A DNA stretch of 64,000 nt from Candidatus Iainarchaeum sp. GTDB taxonomy: Archaea > Iainarchaeota > Iainarchaeia > Iainarchaeales > GCA-2688035. The stretch lies in assembly GCA_017610205.1 (NCBI GenBank), contig JAFCCL010000003.1, positions 1 through 64,000 of the forward strand, read 5' to 3'. The position numbers and the translations under genes were made by a program. The notes under the pieces were generated by a model. It was given only the letters and a program-made list of their open reading frames with translations. It searched no databases and was not told where the DNA came from. Numbering within the stretch: the first letter of the stretch is position 1; the number at the start of each line of letters is the position of its first letter. Positions 38,585-47,539 of the stretch are shown piece after piece.

Positions 38585-39325
38585 TTATTTAATTGCTTCC
38601 CATAAAACCTGTTCTTTTGGTTTTACAATTATTCCATTTTGGGTTATTTCAAAGGGGTGCACGGTTTTGCTGTGTTTTGTTCCGCGCATTTTTCTTACAA
38701 AAATGCTTCTATTTGGTGGCGTAAAGTAGAGCACTATTACGCCGTCTGCCATAAATTCTTCAACACCGTAGGCGCTGAATACGTTTCTTTCGCTTTTTGT
38801 TTCGGCTGTGAAAATTGTAGTGCAGTCAAGTTCTTTTAATCCGTCTGCGAATTTGAACAAAAGGCTTCTGATTGTTGACGGGTCATCTATTAATGATGCA
38901 AACGCTGTTGTGCTGTCAACAGCAATTCTTTTGATTTCAAGCTCTTTTACAATTCCTGTTATTGTTTCAAGCTCGTCTTTTATTAAGCCTCCGAAAGTTT
39001 TTTTTGGGGCAAGGTGCATTCTGTAAATGTTTATTTTTCTTTCTTCCTGAAATTTCTTAATGTCCCATCCAAAATTTTCCATATTCCACGCGATGTTTTT
39101 TGGGTTTGCTTCAATTGTTACAAACAATCCTGGCTCGTTGTAAAGCAGTGCGCCGTTGTAAATATATTGCATGCTGAAGATTGTTTTGCATGTTCCTGTT
39201 CCTCCTGAAAGCAGTGTAGTGCTTCCTTTTGGCAAACCGCCTTCAATTAATTCGTCAAGACCTGTTATTCCTGTTTTTGTTCTTTCCAAAAAATACACCT
39301 CTTTTAATTCTTTAAAGTTAGGCAT
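38585..39325 (-). CDS. KaiC/RAD55-family ATPase
   Basis: TGITGLD, GGTGTCKT, IAVDS, VRKMRGT; start uncertain. Confidence 0.9.
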   Translation of the reverse strand: MPNFKELKEVYFLERTKTGITGLDELIEGGLPKGSTTLLSGGTGTCKTIFSMQYIYNGALLYNEPGLFVTIEANPKNIAWNMENFGWDIKKFQEERKINIYRMHLAPKKTFGGLIKDELETITGIVKELEIKRIAVDSTTAFASLIDDPSTIRSLLFKFADGLKELDCTTIFTAETKSERNVFSAYGVEEFMADGVIVLYFTPPNRSIFVRKMRGTKHSKTVHPFEITQNGIIVKPKEQVLWEAIK

Positions 39326-39332
39326 TTGTTTT

Positions 39333-39908
39333 TTATAAATCTTTTCTTTGCTCTTTTCCAAGGCTTTTTATTTGCTTCAAAACCCCTTCCTTTGTTTCCT
39401 GAATGCTTGCCTTTGTGGTGTCAACCACTATATCGTAATTGCTTTCATTCAAGTAGTCGACATTGTAAAGCTTTAAATACCTGCCTTTATTCATTTCCAT
39501 TCTTTTCTGCATATTTTCAACAGTTTTCTGAACGCTTGCATTTTCTTCTCCGCATCTTTCCTTCTTGTCGCTGCAACTGTCCTTAAAAACGCGTTCAGCA
39601 GCCTTTTTCAAATCAATTTTTACAAAGATTTTTACAGACTTTGGAATAAAATGCCAGGAAAGCCTTCCGTCAATTACAAAATTGTCTTCCTCCAAACCAA
39701 GCTTTTTATTCCTTTCATCCAACTCACGGTCAACACTTTCGTCTTCTTCCATTAGCCTGTGCAATTCCATTACCGGCAGGTCTTTTTCTTTTGCAATCTG
39801 CCTAAGCAAGTCGCCAGCAGAATAATGCTTTAACCCAAGTGCCTTTGCAATTCCCTTTCCCAAAGTGCTTTTTCCAGAACCAGGATAGCCTGTAATAGTG
39901 ATAATCAT
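39333..39908 (-). CDS. cmk: cytidylate kinase (archaeal type)
   Basis: ITITGYPGSGKST, SAGDLLR, DGRLS. Confidence 0.88.
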   Translation of the reverse strand: MIITITGYPGSGKSTLGKGIAKALGLKHYSAGDLLRQIAKEKDLPVMELHRLMEEDESVDRELDERNKKLGLEEDNFVIDGRLSWHFIPKSVKIFVKIDLKKAAERVFKDSCSDKKERCGEENASVQKTVENMQKRMEMNKGRYLKLYNVDYLNESNYDIVVDTTKASIQETKEGVLKQIKSLGKEQRKDL

Positions 39909-39929
39909 TTAATCATCTGCATTGCTTTT

Positions 39930-40850
39930 TCATCTCAAATACTCTAAAGTATTCTGCCATATTCCTGGAGTTATTGCAGGGTCGTAATTGAAGTAAATTG
40001 CCTTTCCAACCAAAAGATTTTTTTCAACAATTCCAGGATAGTTTTTCGTGCCTAAAACACTGTTAATATATGCAACTTGATTCCCTAACGGCTTTACATC
40101 AAATGTTAAAATGCTTAAAGCCCCATATCTTGGGTCTGCCGGCGCTGTTTCAATTCCGTGCATTATTTCGCTGTCTGAGTCAAGCCTTTCAATTTTTCCG
40201 GAAACCATAACAGGCAGTGTGCAGGTAGGCATTCCTTGTATTCCTACATCGCATTCAACAGGAATTACGTCTCCAAATGTTTCCTTCCATCCAATTACGT
40301 CACTGGTAACACTTGTTCCAAATTCTCCGCCGCTTCTGTAAATTCCTGAGTCCATTACTACAACAAGCTTGCCCCCTGTCATAACATAGTTTTCAATTGC
40401 TTCACCCAAAGCTCTTGAAAGGCTTTTGTCATAAGGAGTTGCTCCCATATGTTGGTCAAGCAAAACAACATCAAATTCTGCAAGCTGTTCTGCAGGGTTT
40501 TCATCAAGGTCTGCTGCATCCTTTATTCTGTAATAAACCAAATCGTGCTGGTTGTCAAGGTCTGCAAGCAGGTCAACACTTGGGTTGCCTATGATAAGCA
40601 TTTGTGTTTGGCTGCTGCCTTCAAGCCCTGGAATTTCAATCATGCCAAGCTTGTTTAGCACCAAAATAAGCGGGGCGGAAAAAACAATCATTGCGCCTGC
40701 AACCCCAAGCACAACAATAATCGCAATTACAAGCCTTTTGTCAACCTTCCAAACAGGCTTTGCCCTTCCTTCGGGAATTCCTTCGTCTCCCGGGTATCCG
40801 CCTGCAACTCCTTTGTCTCCTGGAAATACTCCAGGCATTTCGTCATCCAT
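39930..40850 (-). CDS. membrane-anchored hypothetical protein (GATase-like fold possible)
   Basis: N-terminal TM; FDVVLL...YVMTGGKLVV motif. Confidence 0.6.
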   Translation of the reverse strand: MDDEMPGVFPGDKGVAGGYPGDEGIPEGRAKPVWKVDKRLVIAIIVVLGVAGAMIVFSAPLILVLNKLGMIEIPGLEGSSQTQMLIIGNPSVDLLADLDNQHDLVYYRIKDAADLDENPAEQLAEFDVVLLDQHMGATPYDKSLSRALGEAIENYVMTGGKLVVVMDSGIYRSGGEFGTSVTSDVIGWKETFGDVIPVECDVGIQGMPTCTLPVMVSGKIERLDSDSEIMHGIETAPADPRYGALSILTFDVKPLGNQVAYINSVLGTKNYPGIVEKNLLVGKAIYFNYDPAITPGIWQNTLEYLR

Positions 40851-41100
40851 GCATTAAAATACATGCTTTTGCGTTATAAATACTTTTTCATTTTTCGTAA
40901 CTGCTAACAGCCTCTGAGAATTGGCGTGTAATGCGTTTAATAGCTGATTTAATCGTGTCCTATTTTTTGTCCTATCCTGCTTTGTTTTTTCGTTTTTGTG
41001 TTCTTTTGTAAGTTAAACCACAAATTCAGCATTTTAGCTTTTGCAAGAAATTGAAAAACCGTTAGCAATTACCTTTTTTTCAGACCTTGTAAAAATGGCT

Positions 41101-41135
41101 AATAGCCTGATGTATTCAGGGTAATATAGCTTTTT
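41101..41135 (+). repeat. intergenic repeat R1 (3' half only)
   Basis: AATAGCCTGATGTATTCAGGGTAATATAGCTTTTT. Confidence 0.8.
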
Positions 41136-41194
41136 ACCTCATCAAAACTAAGAATTGTTATAAGTTTTAATAACCTTGGTGATTTGATTTTAGT

Positions 41195-41821
41195 ATGAAA
41201 TTTTATTTGTCCTCTTTTAGATTGGGGAGCAAAGCGAGTGAGTTAGTCAGATTAATGTCCAACAATAAAAAAATTGCCTATATTCCAAATGCAGGTGATT
41301 TTTCTAATAGGGATTATGCTAAGAAAAGCAATTGGGAAAAAATAGATATTAAAAGTTTAGAAAAACTTGGTTTAATTGTGGAATATCTTGATTTAAAGAA
41401 TTTTTTTTTTGGCAGGACTGATGAATTACGAAAAAAATTGAATGAGTTTGGTGGAGTGTTTGTAAGGGGGAGCAACACTTTTATTTTAAGGCAAGCAATG
41501 AAATTGAGTGGTTTTGATATACTCTTCAAAGAGCTTCTTAAAAGAGATGATTTTGTGTATGCAGGGTATAGTGCAGGCATATGTGTATTGGTTCCAGATC
41601 TCAAAGGCCTGCAACTTGTTGACAATCCCAAGGATAAACCCTACAAAGAGCTTCAAAAAACAATTTGGGAAGGTCTTGGATTCCTTGATTGCATTATTCT
41701 CCCGCACTATAAATCCAACCATCCTGAGTCGGCAGACATTGACAAAGAAGTTGAATATTGCAATAAAAACAATATTCCGTTTAAAACTCTGAGAGACGGC
41801 GAAGTAATACTTATCGAATAA
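41195..41821 (+). CDS. peptidase S51 (dipeptidase E-like)
   Basis: YIPNA, VRGSNTFIL, GYSAG, PHY. Confidence 0.85.
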   Translation: MKFYLSSFRLGSKASELVRLMSNNKKIAYIPNAGDFSNRDYAKKSNWEKIDIKSLEKLGLIVEYLDLKNFFFGRTDELRKKLNEFGGVFVRGSNTFILRQAMKLSGFDILFKELLKRDDFVYAGYSAGICVLVPDLKGLQLVDNPKDKPYKELQKTIWEGLGFLDCIILPHYKSNHPESADIDKEVEYCNKNNIPFKTLRDGEVILIE

Positions 41822-41896
41822 ATAGCTAATTTTGAAGCTCTAAGGTAAACTTGTAGCAATGTCAATTCTTTAAACCCCATTGCATTCTAATTCTTT

Positions 41897-41952
41897 TGCC
41901 AATGATTATCTGACAATTAGCCTGATGTTATCAGGGTAATATGCTTTTTTTT
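41897..41952 (+). repeat. intergenic repeat R2 (full)
   Basis: TGCCAATGATTATCTGACAATTAGCCTGATGTTATCAGGGTAATATGC-T8. Confidence 0.85.
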
Positions 41953-41967
41953 ATTGTTTCAATTAGT

Positions 41968-42135
41968 CTACTTATTTATCAGTTTATTTTGCTGTCTGCT
42001 CCATTCCTTGTTTGGTGTCTTTTTTACCCATTCCGCATACATGTTGATAAATTCCATGCGTTGTTGCCTGTTTCTTTCCTTTTCTTCTTCAAGTTCTTTC
42101 AGGTCTTTTTCTGTTAACTTTAATCCTTTTTCCAT
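41968..42135 (-). CDS. 55-aa partner of nucleotidyltransferase (not in ORF track)
   Basis: MEKGLKL...RMEFINMYAEWVKKTPNKEWSRQQNKLINK; overlaps upstream gene end. Confidence 0.7.
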   Translation of the reverse strand: MEKGLKLTEKDLKELEEEKERNRQQRMEFINMYAEWVKKTPNKEWSRQQNKLINK

Positions 42136-42731
42136 AAAACCTTCTCCGCCTGTTTTTCAACTCTCAGTTCGCTAATCTGCCTTTTCAATAAACTTATGTC
42201 CAAATGTTCTTTAAAAACCTTATAGAGGTATCTTGCGTCTTCAAAATCTTTGTCAGAGCCAAGATTCAACTTGAAGGCTATTTGCAGTTCAATTTCTGAC
42301 ATCCATAATTTTTCTTTTCCAAGAATCACCTGTATTTTATTTTTCAAGGAATAGGCATTGTATTTGCTTTTTGGAAACTTTAATTCAAAGTTTGGAATGA
42401 ACGTGCCTTTTTCTGCAAATCTCAGTGCAAGCTTTTCTTTTAGGTAGTCATTGAAAGCTCTTTCAGGGCTTGTTTCATTGAGGCATTCAAATTCTTCTTT
42501 TTCAAGTGCAACCCAAAATCTTTTGAATTTCTCAAAACTCGTCTCTTCAATGAACAAATCAACATCCTCTGTATTCCTGCTCCTGCCAAAAAGAATTGCA
42601 ATATATCCTGAAATTATCACATAGTCTATTTCAACTTTATCAAGAATTTTTACAAATTTTATTACAAGCTTATCTAAATCAGAGAGTTCCCGCTCAAATT
42701 TAATCTGGCTCTTATTGAATTCAAATTCCAT
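42120..42731 (-). CDS. nucleotidyltransferase-like protein (putative TA/Abi component)
   Basis: YVIISGY...GRSRNTEDVD...KL..GSDKDFEDA. Confidence 0.75.
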   Translation of the reverse strand: MEFEFNKSQIKFERELSDLDKLVIKFVKILDKVEIDYVIISGYIAILFGRSRNTEDVDLFIEETSFEKFKRFWVALEKEEFECLNETSPERAFNDYLKEKLALRFAEKGTFIPNFELKFPKSKYNAYSLKNKIQVILGKEKLWMSEIELQIAFKLNLGSDKDFEDARYLYKVFKEHLDISLLKRQISELRVEKQAEKVLWKKD

Positions 42732-42783
42732 ATAAAAAAAGTAAACCAAACTTAATTTAACTATTTATATGGCTTATACTTAC

Positions 42784-42841
42784 TGCCAATGATAATCTGA
42801 TAATTACACTGAGTGCAGTCAGGGTAATATGGCTTTTTTTT
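42784..42841 (+). repeat. intergenic repeat R3 (full)
   Basis: TGCCAATGATAATCTGATAATTACACTGAGTGCAGTCAGGGTAATATGGC-T8. Confidence 0.85.
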
Positions 42842-42847
42842 GTTGTT

Positions 42848-43120
42848 TCAGAAAAACTGTTTGTACCATTTTTCGTATTCTTTATGTTTTCCAATGAAGT
42901 AAAAGCGAACTTCTTTGTTTTCTTCAAAAGTTCTGTAAATGATTCTGTTTTGGCCTATTTCATCAACAAAGAATTTTGCGCCTTTCTTGAGGTGTCTTTT
43001 TTCTGGAAATTCAATGATTTTTTTTATCTTTTTTGCAACGCGTTCTTTGGTTGTATTTTCTAAACAGTTAAAGTATTCTCGCCATTTTTCGTCAAAGGAT
43101 TCTTTGTAAATGCTAATCAC
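42848..43120 (-). CDS. RelE/ParE-like toxin
   Basis: 90 aa, RHLK...IGQNRIIY...FIGKHKEYEKWY. Confidence 0.75.
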   Translation of the reverse strand: MISIYKESFDEKWREYFNCLENTTKERVAKKIKKIIEFPEKRHLKKGAKFFVDEIGQNRIIYRTFEENKEVRFYFIGKHKEYEKWYKQFF

Positions 43121-43359
43121 TTCAAATGCTTTGCGTATTCACCCAGAGCCTGGTCTGCGTTGAGAATTTTTCTCTTGCCTGCTTCAATGTCCTGGTCTAT
43201 TCTGTCAAGTTTTTTGTTGACAAGTTCAGCTTCATTGAAATGCTCTTCTCCAAATTGAACTATTGCCAGTCTTGCAGCTTCGGATTGGGTGTTTGCATAA
43301 CCTTTTTCAACCATGCTCTCTAGTATCTGTTTCGTTCGTCCTCTAAAATCTACATTCAT
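43117..43359 (-). CDS. RHH antitoxin
   Basis: MNVDF...MVEKGYANTQSEAARLAI; GTGA overlap with toxin. Confidence 0.75.
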   Translation of the reverse strand: MNVDFRGRTKQILESMVEKGYANTQSEAARLAIVQFGEEHFNEAELVNKKLDRIDQDIEAGKRKILNADQALGEYAKHLK

Positions 43360-43538
43360 ATAAAATCACCTACAAAATACGGTGTGATATATGTATGACA
43401 TATGATTTAAATATGTTTCTATTTGAATCGTGTTTGAACCAGATTTTATCGGTATCTTACCCTGCCATTAACTGCAGTGCCAAATGATGCGTACTTACAA
43501 CTCTATTCTTTAAACCATTTTGGATTATTCTTAATACT

Positions 43539-43577
43539 TGCCGATGATGATTTGACAATTACACTGAGTGCAAGTCA
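43539..43577 (+). repeat. intergenic repeat R4 (5' half only)
   Basis: TGCCGATGATGATTTGACAATTACACTGAGTGCAAGTCA. Confidence 0.8.
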
Positions 43578-43687
43578 AACTCCTATTTTAGGCTTATTTA
43601 TAACGGTTTTTGCATAGTTTGTTTTGCAAAAATCCTTTCCAAATCTTTAAATAATACCTTCTTCTTTATTTTATTTGGTTTTTTTAA

Positions 43688-44968
43688 ATGCCGAACAAAG
43701 CTTACTCTGGATATCTTAATCCAAAATATGTTCCAAAAGCAGATCTTATTGCTGCCTTTTACTTAGAGCCAGCTGCACGCGTTTCGTTTGAAGAAGCGGC
43801 ACAGGCTGTTGCGTCAGAATCAAGCATTGGAACCTGGACAAATCTTGCAACTCTCTCCAAGAAAATGAAGCGCAGGCTTCACGCCAGAGTTTTTTCATTG
43901 AACAAGGGAACAGGAATTGTAAAAATTGCTTACCCCCTTTCCTTGTTTGAAAACGGAAGCATTCCCCAGCTTTTGAGTAGCATTGCAGGCAATATTTTTG
44001 GAATGAAGGAAATCAGAAATCTGAGGCTGCTTGACATAAACTTTCCAAACCGCTACATTCGCTCGTTTAAGGGTCCAGCTTTTGGCATTTCTGGCGTGAG
44101 AAGAACTCTTAAAATTCCAAAAAGGCCTTTGATTGGAACAATTATAAAGCCAAAGCTTGGTTTGAATGAAAGGCAGCATGCAAACACCGCTTTTCAGGCC
44201 TGGCTTGGAGGCTGTGATATTGTAAAAGACGATGAAAATTTGACAAATATGCGTTTTAACCATTTTGACAAAAGGGCAAGGCAAACTTTAAAGCTTAGGG
44301 ACAAGGCTGAAGCAATTTCTGGAGAGCGAAAGGCCTACATGCCAAATGTTACTGCTCCATTTGCAGAAATGGTAAAGCGTGCAAAGTTTGCAAAACAGCT
44401 GGGTTGTGAATATGCAATGGTTGACGTGCTTTCGGTTGGATGGTCTGCTTTGCAGGATTTGAGGGATGAAGATTTGGGTCTAATTCTTCACGCCCACAGA
44501 GCAGGACACGCTGCATTTACCAGTTCAGCAAAACATGGCATTAGCATGCTTGTAATTGCAAAGCTTTGCCGCTTAATTGGAGTGGACCAGCTTCACGTTG
44601 GTGCAATTGTTGGAAAAATGCATGGTGAAAAAAAAGAAGTAAAGGCAATTGGAGAAGAAATTGAGGACACGATTATTTACAAAGGAAAAGGGCACGTGCT
44701 TTCAGAAAACTGGCTTAACCTAAAACCTGTTTTTGCAGTTTGCTCGGGTGGCCTGCACCCTGGAAAAATTCCTGCTTTGGTAAAAGCCATGGGTAATGAC
44801 ATAATTATTCAATTGGGTGGAGGCATTCACGGACATCCTTTGGGAACAAGGCATGGAGCAATTGCCGCAAGACAGGCATTGGATGCAACAGTGGATGGCA
44901 TTTCATTAAAGTATGCGGCAATGAAAGAATTTGAACTGGCACTTGCTTTAAGGAAATGGAAAAATTGA
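43688..44968 (+). CDS. rbcL: RuBisCO large subunit, form III
   Basis: ESSIGTW, IIKPKLGL, DIVKDDE, HAHRAGH, VGKM, SGGLHP, GGGIHGHP. Confidence 0.95.
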   Translation: MPNKAYSGYLNPKYVPKADLIAAFYLEPAARVSFEEAAQAVASESSIGTWTNLATLSKKMKRRLHARVFSLNKGTGIVKIAYPLSLFENGSIPQLLSSIAGNIFGMKEIRNLRLLDINFPNRYIRSFKGPAFGISGVRRTLKIPKRPLIGTIIKPKLGLNERQHANTAFQAWLGGCDIVKDDENLTNMRFNHFDKRARQTLKLRDKAEAISGERKAYMPNVTAPFAEMVKRAKFAKQLGCEYAMVDVLSVGWSALQDLRDEDLGLILHAHRAGHAAFTSSAKHGISMLVIAKLCRLIGVDQLHVGAIVGKMHGEKKEVKAIGEEIEDTIIYKGKGHVLSENWLNLKPVFAVCSGGLHPGKIPALVKAMGNDIIIQLGGGIHGHPLGTRHGAIAARQALDATVDGISLKYAAMKEFELALALRKWKN

Positions 44969-45039
44969 CATAGAATTCAAAGGAATATTTCAAGTTCCAA
45001 AAACAACAGAAAGCTATTTAATGTCTTTTTACCCCTTTT

Positions 45040-45792
45040 TTGTTAATTCAGGTGCTGTTTTTGGATTGTGAAAAACACTACAATGAAATTGTTGCCTCTG
45101 CAAAAGAGTTTTTCAGCCAGGCTGGCTTTTCAAGAGCCGTTTTGGGCTTAAGCGGGGGTCTTGACAGTTCTTTGACTGCATGCATTCTTACAGAGGCTCT
45201 TGGAAAAGAGAATGTAACCTGCCTTTTAATGTCTGACTCTGAAGTAAACAACAAGCAGGATTTGGATGACGCTGTTAAACTGGCAAAAATCCTTGGAGTT
45301 AAATCAATACAAGTGCCAATTGACAGAATTATTAAAGCAGTTAAAAAAAGTGTTGAGTGGAAGCAGGACAGGGTTTCAAAAATGAATATTACAGCAAGAG
45401 CAAGAATGATTTTATTATACAATTTTGCAAACTGCAACAAGGCACTGGTTGTTGGAACAGGAAACAAAAGCGAATTAATACTTGGCTATTTTACAAAGTT
45501 TGGAGACGGAGCAGCAGACTTTTTTCCATTAAAAAATCTGTTCAAGACCGAAGTTTTTGAGCTTGCAAAATTCAAAGAATTGCCCAAAAGCATTATCAAA
45601 AAAAAGCCAAGTGCAGGTCTGTTTGAAGGGCAGACCGATGAAGGCGAACTTGGAGCAGACTACAAAACAATTGACTCATTTCTTCAGGAATTTGAAAAAG
45701 GAACAGACAAAGAAGAACTTGTTAAAAAATTTGGCAAAAAACTTACAGATTCCCTGCTTCAAAGAATCGGTGCAAGTGAGCACAAACGATAG
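45040..45792 (+). CDS. nadE: NH3-dependent NAD+ synthetase
   Basis: LGLSGGLDS, GTGNKSE, GYFTKFGDG, PSAGL..GQTDE. Confidence 0.93.
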   Translation: MLIQVLFLDCEKHYNEIVASAKEFFSQAGFSRAVLGLSGGLDSSLTACILTEALGKENVTCLLMSDSEVNNKQDLDDAVKLAKILGVKSIQVPIDRIIKAVKKSVEWKQDRVSKMNITARARMILLYNFANCNKALVVGTGNKSELILGYFTKFGDGAADFFPLKNLFKTEVFELAKFKELPKSIIKKKPSAGLFEGQTDEGELGADYKTIDSFLQEFEKGTDKEELVKKFGKKLTDSLLQRIGASEHKR

Positions 45793-45800
45793 GTGAAAAA

Positions 45801-46625
45801 ATGCTTTCCTTGAAAATGAAACAAACTCTGAAACAGATTTTGGCAGAAGATGTTGGCAAAGGCGATATTACAAGTTCTTTGATTCCAACAAAGCAATGCC
45901 GAGCCAAAATCTTTACAAGGGAGCCTTGTGTTGTTGCGGGTTTGGAGGAAGCAAAGTTTTTGTTCAAAAGCAGGGGTGTGAAAGCCACAGGCTCTTTTAA
46001 GGATGGAGACAGGTTAAAAAAGGGCTCTGCTGTTCTTCGATTGCGTGGGTCAAACAAGGCAATTTTTTCAGTTGAAAGAACCGCTTTGAATGTTTTGGGG
46101 AGAATGAGCGAGGTTGCAACAACCTGTGCTGAAGCAAAAAAAATCACCGGTTCAAAGGCAACTGTTGCAATAACAAGAAAAACAATGCCTGGCTTTAATC
46201 TTTTTGACAAAAAGGCTGCAAAAATTGCAGGGGTTTGGCCCCACAGATTAAACCTTGGCGATGCCATTCTCTTGAAGGAAAATCATTTGAAGTTTTTTGC
46301 TTCTCCATCCAAAGCCGTGGAAGCCGCAAAAAAGAAAGCAGGCAAGGCAAACTTTGCTGAAGTTGAAGTTGAGTCCTTAGCAGAGGCTTTTGATGCAGCA
46401 AAGGCAAAGCCAAACATAATAATGCTTGATAATTTTTCTCCTGCAAAGGCAAAATCTGCAATTAAGAAACTCAGGCCTGTGTTCAATGGCAAGATTGAGT
46501 TAAGCGGGGGCATAAATTTGAAAAACTTGAAGAGTTATGCAAAGGCAAAGCCTGATATTATTTCAATGGGCTGTCTTACCTATGCAACAAAGTGGCTGGA
46601 TTTTAGCCTTTTGCTTGAGAAGTGA
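45801..46625 (+). CDS. nadC: nicotinate-nucleotide pyrophosphorylase (quinolinate PRT)
   Basis: ED...GDITS, TRKT, HR..L.D..L.KENH, EVEV, MLDNF, SGGI. Confidence 0.93.
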   Translation: MLSLKMKQTLKQILAEDVGKGDITSSLIPTKQCRAKIFTREPCVVAGLEEAKFLFKSRGVKATGSFKDGDRLKKGSAVLRLRGSNKAIFSVERTALNVLGRMSEVATTCAEAKKITGSKATVAITRKTMPGFNLFDKKAAKIAGVWPHRLNLGDAILLKENHLKFFASPSKAVEAAKKKAGKANFAEVEVESLAEAFDAAKAKPNIIMLDNFSPAKAKSAIKKLRPVFNGKIELSGGINLKNLKSYAKAKPDIISMGCLTYATKWLDFSLLLEK

Positions 46626-46631
46626 TTTTTG

Positions 46632-47210
46632 ATGAGGATTGCTTTGTTTGGAGGAACATTTGACCCTGTACACAACGGTCATGTAAATGCTGCAAAAGAA
46701 ATTTTAAGACAGGGTCTTGTTAACGAAGTCTGGTTTATTCCTGTTTGCTGGCATGCTTTTAAGAAAAACAGCAATGTTTCTTCTCTGGAGCACAGAAAAA
46801 AAATGCTTGAGCTTGCACTTCAAAACGAAAAATGGCTAAAGGTTGTTGATTTGAATGGCAATCCAACTTATACTCTTGATACAATTCTCAATGCAAAGAA
46901 ACGTTTTCCAAACAATGAATTTTTTTGGCTTATGGGAACAAACCTTGTGGAAGAATTTGCATTGTGGAAAAGCCCTGAACAGATTTTAAAAGAGGTAAAA
47001 TTAGTATTGTTTCCTGTTCCTGGTTCAGAGCTTGAAAAAAATTCATTGCTCAACGCAGGCAATTCAATAAGGGTGCAGGCAAAAGAAATTGACTTAAGCA
47101 GTACAATTGTAAAGGAATGGCTTTTGAATGGCAAAAATATCCAAAGCCTTGTTGGAAACCATGTTTTGAATTATATTACTGAAAACAGGCTTTATTCTAT
47201 TAGCAAGTAA
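46632..47210 (+). CDS. nadD: nicotinate-nucleotide adenylyltransferase
   Basis: FGGTFDPVHNGH, LSST. Confidence 0.9.
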   Translation: MRIALFGGTFDPVHNGHVNAAKEILRQGLVNEVWFIPVCWHAFKKNSNVSSLEHRKKMLELALQNEKWLKVVDLNGNPTYTLDTILNAKKRFPNNEFFWLMGTNLVEEFALWKSPEQILKEVKLVLFPVPGSELEKNSLLNAGNSIRVQAKEIDLSSTIVKEWLLNGKNIQSLVGNHVLNYITENRLYSISK

Positions 47211-47215
47211 TTTTT

Positions 47216-47539
47216 TTGGACAACTCTTGGATTAAGTTTAAATGCTTAAAAAGCGTTTTTTATTCAGTTAGAAGGTTTTTTTATGCCAGATTTGCAGGAA
47301 ATATTGGGTCATTAAAAAGAAAGAGAAAACTGATTGCAAAAAAGCGAAAGCATCCTGCAAGTAAAATTAAACTATCGTATGTTACTGAAAGGTTGCCAAC
47401 AAGAGTTGTTAGTAAAAGAAATACTAAAATTTCTCGCGGTACCAAAGTTAGGCGAAGAGCTGGCGAGTCACCTGAAGAACTGATACGCCGGTTTAAAAAA
47501 GCTAGTAAAAGTTATAGGCTGCCAAGATTAAAGCGTTAA
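47216..47539 (+). CDS. very basic hypothetical protein
   Basis: 107-aa ORF filling an intergenic gap; start uncertain. Confidence 0.35.
   Translation: MDNSWIKFKCLKSVFYSVRRFFYARFAGNIGSLKRKRKLIAKKRKHPASKIKLSYVTERLPTRVVSKRNTKISRGTKVRRRAGESPEELIRRFKKASKSYRLPRLKR

Noticed and set aside
41897-41952. Fluoride riboswitch or hammerhead ribozyme match for the repeat
   Set aside because: The resemblance is superficial; the pseudoknot and CUGAUGA/GAAA core elements are missing.
43457-43490. Possible fifth degenerate repeat copy (TTACCCTG...TGCCAAATGATG)
   Set aside because: Only short partial matches in mixed orientation; could be chance.
41101-43577. CRISPR array or classical integron attC interpretation of R1-R4
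   Set aside because: The spacers are 700-830-bp gene modules, the repeats are degenerate, and there are no cas genes, attC core motifs or integrase nearby.
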